From: Candidatus Woesearchaeota archaeon
GTDB lineage: Archaea > Nanobdellota > Nanobdellia > Pacearchaeales > GW2011-AR1
DNA length: 64,000 nucleotides
Assembly: GCA_964460535.1 (NCBI GenBank)
Contig: CAYWQI010000001.1
Location: forward strand, 26,856-90,855
Direction of reading: 5' to 3'
Part shown: piece after piece, positions 9,510 to 18,740 of the stretch
How the letters are laid out: each line of letters begins with the position of its first letter
How positions within the stretch are numbered: the stretch's first letter is position 1
Program-made: the position numbers and the translations under genes
Notes under the pieces: model-generated
Told to the model about the DNA's origin: nothing
Databases searched by the model: none
Seen by the model: only the letters and a program-made list of their open reading frames with translations

Positions 9510-11105
9510 TTATAATTTTGTTCTTCTTAAAATCTCTTGAGTCATTTCAGATTGAAAACTTTCATGTTCTTCTGGAGAATACCATGAAGCAACAGAATAA
9601 ATATTTTTACAAGGACTTCTATTATGACAGAATCCTGTATACTGGCATTTAACTCTCATAAAATCTTTTATATCTTGAGGAAGATTGCTAGATTGTAAAA
9701 GTTCATATTCTTGCCAAGTTGTTTTTTTCATTTCAGGTTCTACATCCTTGCACCTTCTCAATGATTCAAAACCCGTTGTTAAATTATATGTATCATAAGT
9801 TCTAAAAACACCTAATTTTAAACCTCTAGGGAAAACATAGATTGCATCACTTTCTGGGATCCCAATTTCTTTTAATTTTTCAAAAGTATTATTTGAATCC
9901 ACAATTCTATTTATCCAGATATTTAAATTTTCAAAATCTTCTTTAATTTCTTCTGGAAGTGAAAAGACTCTTTCTAACTCTCTTAAATTAGGTCCCAAGC
10001 CATCTTTTTTATTTTCAATAATTCTTTGAACAATAGGAGAAATTCTTTTTCTTGCTTGATAAATAGATTCTGCTTCTTGTGGCATTGTCCTATGTCTTTT
10101 GTATTCTCCCCAAACTCTCCAAGGACTTACAGAAAAAACACTTGCTCGAACATCTTGATTATGGTCTTGAACAATTTCATGGGCTTCTTGCAATAGTTGT
10201 TCATGTTGTTTTTTTGTTAGGTCTTTTGATTTAGAAACTTCTTTAAATTTTTTCAACCATTTATAAATTCTATTTTTTCTATCTAAAGAATCTCGAGAAT
10301 ATGTATCAACAATTATTAGATTTTCAGAATTTTCATCTCTTAATTCTTCTGCAGAAGTTTTTCTATAATGAAAAATACTTGGATTTGGACAAGTTGCTCT
10401 TGGGGAAGCCTTTCTTGCCTCATACGTTATTGTCATTCCATTCTCATAAACCATCTCTTCAAGTTGTGATAAGATTTCCTTTCCTTCTTGAGGAATTGCA
10501 TTAGGATTAAATTTAAAATCTCTTGAAAATGAAACAAGAGTCTCTAGAGGAATTTTAATAAAGCCTCCTCCAGTTAAACCATATTGAACAATCTTTGAAG
10601 CTTGTTGTTTATGAACTCCTCTTTCTTTAAGTTTTTCATAAGCTCTAATGTTTTCTTTACTATTTTTCATATAAATTTGGACTGCTTCATTTCCTGCAGA
10701 TTTAATTGACTTTGGAACAAGAATCTGATCTTCTTTAATTGGAACTCTTCTTCCTGAAGGCATCAAAGCACTTTCAAATCTAGCCCCAGTAAACATAGAA
10801 TCAATAAATTTTGAAGTTGAGTCTTCTGCAGAAATTGTTAAATCAATACCTGTTGACAGAGAAGCATGCCCTGCACCCGCAGAATTAACAAGACCTTTCA
10901 TGAGTTTTCTATATTCCTCTTCGTCACCTTCACCATAGTCTCCTAGTTGAATTTTTCTAAGAACGTCTGAAAAATGTCTAACATCTTTAAAAGTAATTCC
11001 TGCAGCAGCACAGATAACTTCATCAGGATTGACAATTCTTCCTTCTTGCAATTTTATCTTTGGACTATAGTCTCTTAAATGAATTTTAGGATTAACAATT
11101 TGCAT
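9510..11105 (-). CDS. thyX: ThyX-like flavin-dependent thymidylate synthase, apparent tandem duplication
   Basis: The second half carries KRHRTMPQEAES, fitting the ThyX RHR-x7-S motif, preceded by FSVSPWRVWGEY (compare FHVKAPIFVARQWF). The first half shows a degenerate copy: GHASLSTGIDLTISAEDSTSKFIDSMF...SGRR. Confidence 0.4.
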   Translation of the reverse strand: MQIVNPKIHLRDYSPKIKLQEGRIVNPDEVICAAAGITFKDVRHFSDVLRKIQLGDYGEGDEEEYRKLMKGLVNSAGAGHASLSTGIDLTISAEDSTSKFIDSMFTGARFESALMPSGRRVPIKEDQILVPKSIKSAGNEAVQIYMKNSKENIRAYEKLKERGVHKQQASKIVQYGLTGGGFIKIPLETLVSFSRDFKFNPNAIPQEGKEILSQLEEMVYENGMTITYEARKASPRATCPNPSIFHYRKTSAEELRDENSENLIIVDTYSRDSLDRKNRIYKWLKKFKEVSKSKDLTKKQHEQLLQEAHEIVQDHNQDVRASVFSVSPWRVWGEYKRHRTMPQEAESIYQARKRISPIVQRIIENKKDGLGPNLRELERVFSLPEEIKEDFENLNIWINRIVDSNNTFEKLKEIGIPESDAIYVFPRGLKLGVFRTYDTYNLTTGFESLRRCKDVEPEMKKTTWQEYELLQSSNLPQDIKDFMRVKCQYTGFCHNRSPCKNIYSVASWYSPEEHESFQSEMTQEILRRTKL

Positions 11106-11173
11106 AAATGAAAAAAATAAAACATCTTTTTAAACATTAATATACTTGAAAATATATTTTAGAATTCAACAAA

Positions 11174-11461
11174 TTATTGTTTCTTCTCTTCAACTTTTCC
11201 AGATTCTTCTTTTTTCTCTTCCTTGTTTTCTTGAGGTTTAGATTCTTCTGCAGGTTTTTTAGAAACAAATTCAGAATAATGGCATTTTCCACAATAAACT
11301 CTGTCACTAGCAGTCATTAAAAAAATTCCAGGGCCACAACGAGGACAAGTTTTTGCTCTTATAATCTTATTCCCCTCAATTTTATATTTTGCATATTTCT
11401 TACTTGTTGGTTTATTCTTATGAGGTTTTTTTCCTTTTTTAACTGGTTTTTTTTGTCCCAT
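11174..11461 (-). CDS. rps27ae: 30S ribosomal protein S27ae
   Basis: Basic N-terminus and a C4 zinc ribbon, CPRCG...CGKC. Has a K/E-rich C-terminal tail. Confidence 0.8.
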   Translation of the reverse strand: MGQKKPVKKGKKPHKNKPTSKKYAKYKIEGNKIIRAKTCPRCGPGIFLMTASDRVYCGKCHYSEFVSKKPAEESKPQENKEEKKEESGKVEEKKQ

Positions 11462-11463
11462 TT

Positions 11464-11919
11464 TTATTCTTTTTTATCCTCAGTTTTAGTTTCTTCTTTA
11501 TTTTGAATGTTTTCTTTGGATTCAGTTTCTTCTGGTTTTGATTCTTTAGTTTCTTCTTGTTTATTTTCAGTTTCTTCTTTTTTTTCTTCAGCAGCTTTTT
11601 CAGCTTCTGCATTTTTCTTTTCTTCCTCTTCTTTAGCAGCTTTTTTTTCAGCTTCTATTTCTTGTTTTGTTTTTTTAACATATTTCTCTTTATCTTCTTT
11701 TGTTTTATAAATTTCTGCAATAACTTTAAATTCTGGTTTTCCAAAATTTCCAAGAATTTGTCTTATCTTAATATTTTCAATAGGATTTGAAGTTTTTTTT
11801 GAAATAATTTCACTTGCTTCAGAATTACTTAAAGAAGCTTCTGTTTTTATATTTGCTATTATTTCTTTTCTATTAAATAAAGGATTTTCTTTTTCTTGAA
11901 TATCTATAATTTCTGCCAT
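11464..11919 (-). CDS. rps24e: 30S ribosomal protein S24e with K/E-rich C-terminal extension
   Basis: MAEIIDIQEKENPLFNRKEIIANIK..., the S24e pattern, upstream of S27ae (conserved pair). Start taken at MAEI. Confidence 0.75.
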   Translation of the reverse strand: MAEIIDIQEKENPLFNRKEIIANIKTEASLSNSEASEIISKKTSNPIENIKIRQILGNFGKPEFKVIAEIYKTKEDKEKYVKKTKQEIEAEKKAAKEEEEKKNAEAEKAAEEKKEETENKQEETKESKPEETESKENIQNKEETKTEDKKE

Positions 11920-11920
11920 T

Positions 11921-12112
11921 TTATGAAGTTTTAATTGCAAAGTCTCCTTTTTCTTTTATATTTATTTTGTCAGCAATTTCAGATTTTTCTGGATTTGTAA
12001 CTATTATATGTCCTTTAAAACCTTCAGTAAATTCTTTGCTTCCACATTTAGGACATTTATCTTTTCCTTCATAAACAGTCTTACAAATTTTACATGCTTT
12101 TTTCTTTGGCAT
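11921..12112 (-). CDS. spt4: transcription elongation factor Spt4 (RpoE'')
   Basis: MPKKKACKICKTVYEGKDKCPKCGS, a C4 zinc ribbon. About 63 aa. Lies between rpoE' and S24e as in the conserved archaeal cluster. The ORF-track start at 12229 is an upstream extension. Confidence 0.7.
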   Translation of the reverse strand: MPKKKACKICKTVYEGKDKCPKCGSKEFTEGFKGHIIVTNPEKSEIADKINIKEKGDFAIKTS

Positions 12113-12170
12113 CAAAATTTTCCCCTGCAATTTAATTTTGATGAAATAGAAAATTTTATTTTCTTTGGCA

Positions 12171-12785
12171 TTATTTCTTTCCTCCAGATTTCTTTTGTTT
12201 TGAAGCAGCTTTTTCTTGTTCTTTAGCAACTTTCATTGCTTCTTTTTCTTTTTTGATTTTATCTTCTTGTACCCATTCAATTTTTCCAAGCCCAGGTTGT
12301 CTCATTGTCAATCCTACTTTAGGTTGTTCTCCTTTATGACTTATTGCAACAATTCTTGCAATGCATAAGTCACCTTCTTTTAAACTTCTGTTTGAAGATT
12401 TTCCAGCAAGAGTATTTGATTTACTAAAACTTACATAATCATCCATTGTTTGACTAATATGAATCATACCCCTCATAACTCCCATGTCAATAAATGCACC
12501 AAAATTAGTAATTTCTGAAATCATTCCATAAACAATTTCTTGTAATTGAGGTTTCCAAACAAGTAATTTAAATTTTGATTTATAATATGCTGCACCATCA
12601 CCCGGAATTATAACCCCTTCTTCTACTTCAAGAACTTCAATAACTGAAACAACTCTTCCAAATTCTCTGCTATAATATTCAGCATAAGTTTCTAAAAGTT
12701 GTTTTTCTACAGCTTCACTAGTGTCTAAACCAAATAACTTTGGTTCAACTCTTACATGGTCTTCAACTTCTATTAATGAGAACAT
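12171..12785 (-). CDS. rpoE: DNA-directed RNA polymerase subunit E' (Rpo7)
   Basis: An Rpb7-like N-terminus plus an S1 domain (GMISEITNFGAFIDMG). Confidence 0.8.
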   Translation of the reverse strand: MFSLIEVEDHVRVEPKLFGLDTSEAVEKQLLETYAEYYSREFGRVVSVIEVLEVEEGVIIPGDGAAYYKSKFKLLVWKPQLQEIVYGMISEITNFGAFIDMGVMRGMIHISQTMDDYVSFSKSNTLAGKSSNRSLKEGDLCIARIVAISHKGEQPKVGLTMRQPGLGKIEWVQEDKIKKEKEAMKVAKEQEKAASKQKKSGGKK

Positions 12786-12888
12786 TTTACTTGTAAAAAT
12801 TAGCAAATATTGGTTTAAAAAGGTTTTTGTATGGCCTTTTTCAGTTTATTAAAAAGTATTATGAAACATTAGAATGAATTAGGAGAAT

Positions 12889-13272
12889 TTACACAACTTC
12901 TAATCTTTTACCTTTTAGAATAATTGTTTTTCCTTTTAATTTTTTTATTATTTCCTTGTCAAGAGTTCCAATATAAACTTCTTCATCTTCTTTAGCATAA
13001 TTAACCAAACCTGTATCAACTTTTTTAATACCTAAAATAATTTCTTCAAAATCAGAACATTCAATAATTTTCAATGCAGTATCTGCAAGATCTCTAAATT
13101 TCATTCTTTTTTTCTTACCTTGTGCTATTCCTTTTAATTCAATTAAAACTTCCTGTGGAATTAAAATCTTAAATCCAAGATATTCAAGTTCTTTAAAAAA
13201 ATCAATTTTTTTTCCAACTGCAGAAATTATAAAACTTGTATCTAAAACAGCTTTTTTTACCATAAAATACAA
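12889..13272 (-). CDS. PIN-domain protein
   Basis: N-terminal VLDTSFIISA is a PIN signature. About 125 aa. Adjacent to the rpoE cluster. Confidence 0.5.
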   Translation of the reverse strand: MYFMVKKAVLDTSFIISAVGKKIDFFKELEYLGFKILIPQEVLIELKGIAQGKKKRMKFRDLADTALKIIECSDFEEIILGIKKVDTGLVNYAKEDEEVYIGTLDKEIIKKLKGKTIILKGKRLEVV

Positions 13273-13306
13273 GAATAAAAAGACTATAAAAACTTAAGGT
13301 TTCAAT

Positions 13307-13539
13307 GTATCTTGTAACACTTGGAGTTTTACTCAATAATTTCCTGTTTCACAGAAATAATAAATAATAAGAAATTTTAATTAATATCTTCTGAAGTTCT
13401 TTTGGATAATTGTGCCTTTAAATCCCTTATTAGAGGATATTTCTATACCTTGCTATATTTAAGCTCTGAAAGTTTTTATAATTAATTTTTTTCAGAGAAG
13501 ATATTTAGTTTTATTTTTGTAGTTAGTGTTACCAGATAT
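13307..13539 (+). mobile_element. MITE-like dispersed repeat, copy 1 (about 233 bp, 14-bp terminal inverted repeats)
   Basis: Left end gtatcttgtaacac and right end gtgttaccagatat are reverse complements. The interior is shared with four other copies in this window, for example ataattgtgcctttaaatc and tatatttaagctctgaaa. Confidence 0.65.
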
Positions 13540-13709
13540 GTTCCAATCTCTGCTTTTAACTTTATCGAAAATTTCTGTTCAAAACAAATTTGATATAATG
13601 ACAGATATCTATAAATTGATTAATTATAAATTAAAAATTTTCTACTAATATCTCTTTAGTTACTGCATTTCTTCCAAAACTTTATTAACCCCCAACCCTT
13701 TAGATACAT

Positions 13710-14270
13710 ATGCAAGAGGTGGACAATATTCTGAGAATTTTAAAAGAAACAAAATTAGCATTGCAAGAAGAAGATTCACATAAATTAAGAGATTTAAGTA
13801 ATCAAACAAATAATACAGCTTCTAGAACACAAGATCCAGACAATATTGCAATTGCAGTGATTATATATTCTATGAGTAAGATAATAGAAAGAGACCAATA
13901 TAGAAAATTAAAAGGATGGAAAAAATTTTATAAGCAATTCTTAAAAAAATTAGATTTAATTATCCTTGATATTAATAAGAAAAATTCTAGAGAACTTAAA
14001 AAAAATATACAAGAATTAAGAGAGTCAATAGATAATCTTTCTGGAAGATTAAAAGAATTTATTCAAGATGTTTTTAGAAAAGCTTCAATAAACAAAGCAT
14101 CAAAAATTTATGAACATGGTATATCAATGGAAAAAACTTCAAAGCTTCTGGGAATAAGTTTATGGGAACTTGCGAATTATTCAGGAGCAAAAGCAGATAC
14201 ACTTACAGAAGAATTAAAGACAATTAAAACAAAAGACAGAATTAAATTTGCAGAAGGAGTTTTTTCTTAA
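13710..14270 (+). CDS. hypothetical protein
   Basis: ORF only. Its stop overlaps the start of the next gene (TAAATG). Confidence 0.3.
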   Translation: MQEVDNILRILKETKLALQEEDSHKLRDLSNQTNNTASRTQDPDNIAIAVIIYSMSKIIERDQYRKLKGWKKFYKQFLKKLDLIILDINKKNSRELKKNIQELRESIDNLSGRLKEFIQDVFRKASINKASKIYEHGISMEKTSKLLGISLWELANYSGAKADTLTEELKTIKTKDRIKFAEGVFS

Positions 14271-14984
14271 ATGATTTCAAATCCCAAAACAAAAAAAGCA
14301 CTAATCTTTGATGCAAGTTCTTTAATTAGTTTAGCAATGAATGGGCTTTTACCCATACTTGAAAAATTGAAAAAAAATTTTAAGGGTTATTTTTTAATAA
14401 CAAGAGAAGTTCAATATGAGGTAATTGAAAGACCTCTTAAAATAAAAAAATTTAAATTAGAAGCTTTAATGATTCAGAAACTTCTTAAAACAAAAATACT
14501 AGAAACTCCAGAAAAAATTGGATTAGATATCAAAGATAATCAAGTATCAAAAAGAACTAATGAAATCATGGAAGATATTAATGATTTATTTATAACAAAA
14601 GGAAAACCTGTGGAAGTTATAGATTTAGGAGAATCTTCTTGTCTTGCTTTAAGTGAGATGCTTTCTGAAAAAAAGATGCATAGTGTTATTTGTATGGATG
14701 AAAGAACAACAAGGGTTTTAATTGAAAAACCCTCAAATCTTCAGAATTTATTAGAAAAAAGATTACATTCTAGAATAAAATCAAACAAAGAATTTTTAGA
14801 TACTTTAAAAAGAAAACAATATAAAATTATTCGTTCTGCAGAATTAATGTATCTTGCATATAAAAAACAATTATTTGATATATCAGATTCAAAACTTTTA
14901 GATGCTGTATTATATGCTTTAAAATTTAAAGGATGTGCAATTTCTGAACAAGAAATAGAAGAAATAAAAAAATTATCCAAATAA
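14271..14984 (+). CDS. PIN-like domain protein (hypothetical)
   Basis: N-terminal ALIFDASSLISLA resembles a PIN fold. No other motifs. Confidence 0.3.
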   Translation: MISNPKTKKALIFDASSLISLAMNGLLPILEKLKKNFKGYFLITREVQYEVIERPLKIKKFKLEALMIQKLLKTKILETPEKIGLDIKDNQVSKRTNEIMEDINDLFITKGKPVEVIDLGESSCLALSEMLSEKKMHSVICMDERTTRVLIEKPSNLQNLLEKRLHSRIKSNKEFLDTLKRKQYKIIRSAELMYLAYKKQLFDISDSKLLDAVLYALKFKGCAISEQEIEEIKKLSK

Positions 14985-15350
14985 ATTAAAATCTTCTTTA
15001 TCCAAATCACTAATTGAAATTGTCAAGACTCTTTCTTTTGAAGAATATTCAATACTTATGATATATTTCAAATTTTGTTTTGACACTTCAAAACTTTCTT
15101 GAGATTCATCATCTTCTAATTCATTAATCATAAAACCAGATTCAACATAATATCTTTTAATTACTCTTGAAAATTCCCTTATTTCTGAAACTCTTTTTTC
15201 ATCTATTGTTATTTGCAAAACTCCTATTTGAGGTGATTCAGAAATAATGCTCTTAAAATTCTCTTGTTTTGATTTTCCAAATAATTCTGAAATTTTTTTA
15301 CCTATATTTTCAAGATGCGGCAAATTGTCTAAATTATCTTCTTTTTCCAT
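14973..15350 (-). CDS. hypothetical acidic protein
   Basis: ORF only. Confidence 0.3.
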   Translation of the reverse strand: MEKEDNLDNLPHLENIGKKISELFGKSKQENFKSIISESPQIGVLQITIDEKRVSEIREFSRVIKRYYVESGFMINELEDDESQESFEVSKQNLKYIISIEYSSKERVLTISISDLDKEDFNLFG

Positions 15351-15402
15351 AATTATCTATAACAACAGATTTTAAAAATGCTACTATCAACCTATTTTAT
15401 AA

Positions 15403-15473
15403 GGGTGCATCGCTTAATGGTAAAGTATCCGGCTCCAGACCGGAAGCTGAGGGTTCAATTCCCTCTGCGCCCA
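15403..15473 (+). tRNA. tRNA-Trp (anticodon CCA)
   Basis: Acceptor stem GGGTGCA/TGCGCCC. Anticodon stem TCCGG/CCGGA with loop cTCCAga. T-arm GAGGG-TTCAATT-CCCTC. Discriminator A. Confidence 0.75.
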
Positions 15474-15481
15474 TTTTTAGA

Positions 15482-15769
15482 ATGTCAGAACAACAAAAAC
15501 AACCTTTAGAAGAATTAGAAGATTTAAGAAAAGAGATAAATATTTTAGATAATCAAATTTTGAATCTTTTAAAAAATAGACAAGAGATTGTGGAGAAAGT
15601 TAAAGAATTTAAGATAAAAAATAATGTTTCTTTTTATCAGCCAGATAGAGAAAAGATGATTTTAGAAAGAATAAAAAATATAGCTGATGAAAAAGGAATG
15701 AATTCTGAGATAGCAAAAAATATATTTAAAAAAATTATACAAGAATTTAGGAATTCAGAAATAAAATGA
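15482..15769 (+). CDS. chorismate mutase (AroQ type, monofunctional)
   Basis: About 95 aa, helical, with the AroQ pattern LEELEDLRKEINILDNQILNLLKNRQEI...YQPDREKMILER. Confidence 0.65.
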   Translation: MSEQQKQPLEELEDLRKEINILDNQILNLLKNRQEIVEKVKEFKIKNNVSFYQPDREKMILERIKNIADEKGMNSEIAKNIFKKIIQEFRNSEIK

Positions 15770-16608
15770 AAATAGGATTTTTAGGACCTGCAGGAACATT
15801 TACAGAAAAATTAGCTAAAGAGATTTTTCCAGATGAAGTATTAATCCCTTTGCAACCAATTAGAAAAGTTGTATTAGCTGTTGAAACAGGAGAAGTTGAT
15901 TCTGCAGTGGTTCCAATAGAAAACATTTACAATGGTGAAGTTCGACAAACTCTCGATTCTCTAACAGAATGCAATAAAACAAAAATAGTAAGAGAATTTT
16001 CTAAAAAAATTGTTCATTGTATTGGAGCTCCTTTAGACTCTGATTTAAAACAAATTAAAAAAGTCTATTCAAAAGACCAAGCTTTAGAACAATGTAGTAA
16101 ATATTTAATAGATAAACTTCCTAAAGCAGAATTAATTTCTGTAGCAAGTACATCTGAAGCAGCTAGAATAGTTTCTGAACAATCTTCTCCAATTCAAGCT
16201 GTTATAGCTTCTGAAAATGCCTTAAATGAAAGAGGATTAAATATTTTAGATAAAGACTTGTGTCCAAACAATCAAACAAGGTTTATTGCACTTTCCCAAA
16301 AATCAACAGAGTCAACAGGAAATGATAAAACATTTGTAGCACTTCACCCAGAAATAAAAGATAAGCCAGGTATTTTATACAATTCTCTAAAATTTATTTC
16401 AGGACAAAATATTAATTTGGAATATATTCAATCACGTCCAGATGGAGAAAATGGTTATTATTTTTATTTAGAATTAGAAGGCCATGAAAAAGATGAAAAA
16501 ATAAAAAAAACTCTTGAAAAAATAAAGACCTTTCTTGATCCAGAAAACCAGTTTCCAAATACTCTTAAAATTTTAGGAAGTTATTCAAACACTAATTGGA
16601 AACATTAA
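15766..16608 (+). CDS. pheA: prephenate dehydratase
   Basis: MKIGFLGPAGTFTE, the PDT N-terminus, plus a C-terminal ACT-like region. Overlaps chorismate mutase by 4 nt. Confidence 0.75.
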   Translation: MKIGFLGPAGTFTEKLAKEIFPDEVLIPLQPIRKVVLAVETGEVDSAVVPIENIYNGEVRQTLDSLTECNKTKIVREFSKKIVHCIGAPLDSDLKQIKKVYSKDQALEQCSKYLIDKLPKAELISVASTSEAARIVSEQSSPIQAVIASENALNERGLNILDKDLCPNNQTRFIALSQKSTESTGNDKTFVALHPEIKDKPGILYNSLKFISGQNINLEYIQSRPDGENGYYFYLELEGHEKDEKIKKTLEKIKTFLDPENQFPNTLKILGSYSNTNWKH

Positions 16609-16616
16609 TAGATAAA

Positions 16617-17110
16617 ATGAAGATAAATATAATCTGAGGAATAGGATTAATCTGCAAGATCCACAAGGACTTTTTTGAATTTTCAGGATATGAGTTTTTC
16701 TTATTGAAAGAAATTCAAATAAAGATATTGAAAAAGCAACCCAAGATTCAGAAGTGATAATTATTTATGTTCCAATTTCTGTAACTAAAAAAGCAATTGA
16801 GCAAATTGCTCCTATTTGTCAGAACAAGGCTTTGATAGATTTTACAGGAATAAAAAGAAGTTCCTTCAGAAAAACAGGACAAACTTGTTTCAGGAATTTT
16901 TCAAAATTTAAGAACACAAATGTTTCAATCTTATGCAAGCCCTTTAAAAAAAACAATGTTCAGATGAATTTTCAATTAAAGATATTTATGAACTCTCACA
17001 TCCTCAAACAAAAGCTCTTATTGATTTAATTTTAAGACAAATACATAATGGAAATGATAATTTATTTTATGAAATAAGAAAATCTAATATTCATTAGAAT
17101 TGTATTAATC
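16617..17110 (+). pseudogene. decayed prephenate dehydrogenase (tyrA-like) remnant
   Basis: Fragments lie in different frames and are separated by stops: MKINII*, GIGLICKIHKDFFEFSGYEF and DSEVIIIYVPISVTKKAIEQIAPICQNKALIDFTGIKRS. They match the TyrA N-terminal Rossmann region (GLGLIGGS...DLVILAVPI...DVxSVK). Confidence 0.45.
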
Positions 17111-17565
17111 AAGAATTAGAAAAAGTCTAAGAAAGAATGAAAAGGAAAATCAGAGATACTTAATTGAAGAGCTCCTAGCCCATATATTTTTAAAGTTTCT
17201 TTCCTACTAAAGACTCGTAATATTTAATGTTCATTTTCTAGAAGTCATAAATATATATAAAGAATCTATTCTTTATTTAATCATGAAAAAAGAGGACAAA
17301 ATCATGTCTGAAGTTAGTGATGAAGTCTTCTTGCTTATGAAAAAAATCCAGAGAAGATTCAATCTCTCTTGGAGCAAAGCAAGAGAAGGTGTAAGTTCAT
17401 CACTTGTAGCTCTTTATGGGCTTCAACTTTAATTTTTATTTTTTTTATTTAATTCCTATAGAAGTCAATGCGCTTTTTGAATAAATCTTGTGCGAAGGTT
17501 TTTCAATAGAAATCCATTAGAAACCTTTAAAAATCAATTGCAATATATCTTTATAACAGAATTTA

Positions 17566-17637
17566 TGCCTACGTGGTCTAACGGCTATGACACTACCCTG
17601 TCGCGGTGGTAACCCGGGTTCAACTCCCGGCGTGGGC
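17566..17637 (+). tRNA. tRNA-Asp (anticodon GTC)
   Basis: Acceptor stem GCCTACG/CGTGGGC. Anticodon stem CTACC/GGTGG with loop cTGTCgc. T-arm CCGGG-TTCAACT-CCCGG. Discriminator G. Confidence 0.75.
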
Positions 17638-17731
17638 GTTCGGAACTTTTTTACTCACACTCTCATTTTACAGACGACAAAATAAATTAACTCCCAAATT
17701 TCAAAATTGAGAAGAGTGCGGGCATTGAACT

Positions 17732-17752
17732 TTGTAGACATTTTTGTAGAAA
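17732..17752 (+). repeat. direct repeat TTGTAGACATTTTTGTAGA(A/C)A, left copy, flanking the fic gene
   Basis: Identical at 20 of 21 positions to 18720..18740. Extra TGTAGACA octamers at 17763-17770 and 18751-18758. Confidence 0.7.
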
Positions 17753-17783
17753 AGTTTATAAATGTAGACACCATAATATAATT

Positions 17784-18725
17784 ATGTATCTTGAAAAGAA
17801 AAAAGTAAAAGGAAAGATAAAATACTATTTGGCACATTCTTTTAGAGAAGGGGGAAAAGTTCATAAAATTAGAAAAAAATTAGGTACAGATTTATCCAAA
17901 GAAATTTTAGAAGAAAGAATAAAAAAAGCAGAAGAATTGATTTTAGAAGAAATAGAAAAATACAAATTTATTAAGGATCCTCTTGATAAAGATTTATCCA
18001 AAGAAGAAATTGAATTTGTAAAAAGATTACAAAAAGAGAATAAATTTGAGATCTATCATCTATCTGAAAAAGAATGGAAATTATTTTCAAAGATATTCAC
18101 TTACAATACAAATGCAATTGAAGGTAGCAAGTTAACAAAAAAAGAAGTTGAAGAAGTTTTAGAAGAAAACAAATGGCCAGATAAATCAAAAGAAGATATT
18201 GCCGAGACTTATGGAGTCAATGAGGCCATTAAATTTGTAAGAGATACTAAAGAACATTTATCTATTGAATTATTAAAAAGCATACATACAATAGTTTTCA
18301 AAAATTCAAAATCCTTTGCAGGAAAATTTAGAAAAAAAGGAGAAGAAGTTGCAGTTATTAATTCTGATGGTTTTATTGTTCATGAAGGAGCGCCACAAAC
18401 AAGAGTCTTAGGATTATTAGAAAATTTAGTTAAATGGTATAATAAAAACAAGACCAAATATCCTGGATTAATTTTAGCATCAGTAGTCCATAACCAATTT
18501 GAAAACATTCACCCTTTTGCAGACGGAAATGGAAGAGTTGGAAGAATTATTATGAATAATATACTAATGAAAAATAATCTTCCCCCAATAAATATAGACT
18601 TAGATAATCGAAGTGAATATTATTCAATTTTAAAAGAATATGAAAAAAACAAAAATCTAAGGCCCACAATCGAGTTTTTGATAAAAGAATACAAAAAGAC
18701 TAAAAAACAAATAAAGAAGTTGTAG
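17784..18725 (+). CDS. Fic/Doc family protein (putative AMPylase)
   Basis: Canonical Fic motif HPFADGNGRVGR. 313 aa. Confidence 0.8.
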   Translation: MYLEKKKVKGKIKYYLAHSFREGGKVHKIRKKLGTDLSKEILEERIKKAEELILEEIEKYKFIKDPLDKDLSKEEIEFVKRLQKENKFEIYHLSEKEWKLFSKIFTYNTNAIEGSKLTKKEVEEVLEENKWPDKSKEDIAETYGVNEAIKFVRDTKEHLSIELLKSIHTIVFKNSKSFAGKFRKKGEEVAVINSDGFIVHEGAPQTRVLGLLENLVKWYNKNKTKYPGLILASVVHNQFENIHPFADGNGRVGRIIMNNILMKNNLPPINIDLDNRSEYYSILKEYEKNKNLRPTIEFLIKEYKKTKKQIKKL

Positions 18726-18740
18726 ACATTTTTGTAGACA
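18720..18740 (+). repeat. direct repeat TTGTAGACATTTTTGTAGACA, right copy
   Basis: Matches 17732..17752. Overlaps the fic stop codon. Confidence 0.7.

Noticed and set aside
11507-11790. Poly-Phe/Ser ORFs (11507..11710, 11557..11790, also 35298..35675 and 35324..35578)
   Set aside because: Antisense translation of the K/E-rich (GAA/AAG-repeat) tails of S24e and ScpB. A low-complexity artefact.
16754-17029. 91-aa ORF called as a gene
   Set aside because: Its N-terminal part is a fragment of the decayed tyrA; the rest runs through unrelated frames. Treated as part of the pseudogene.
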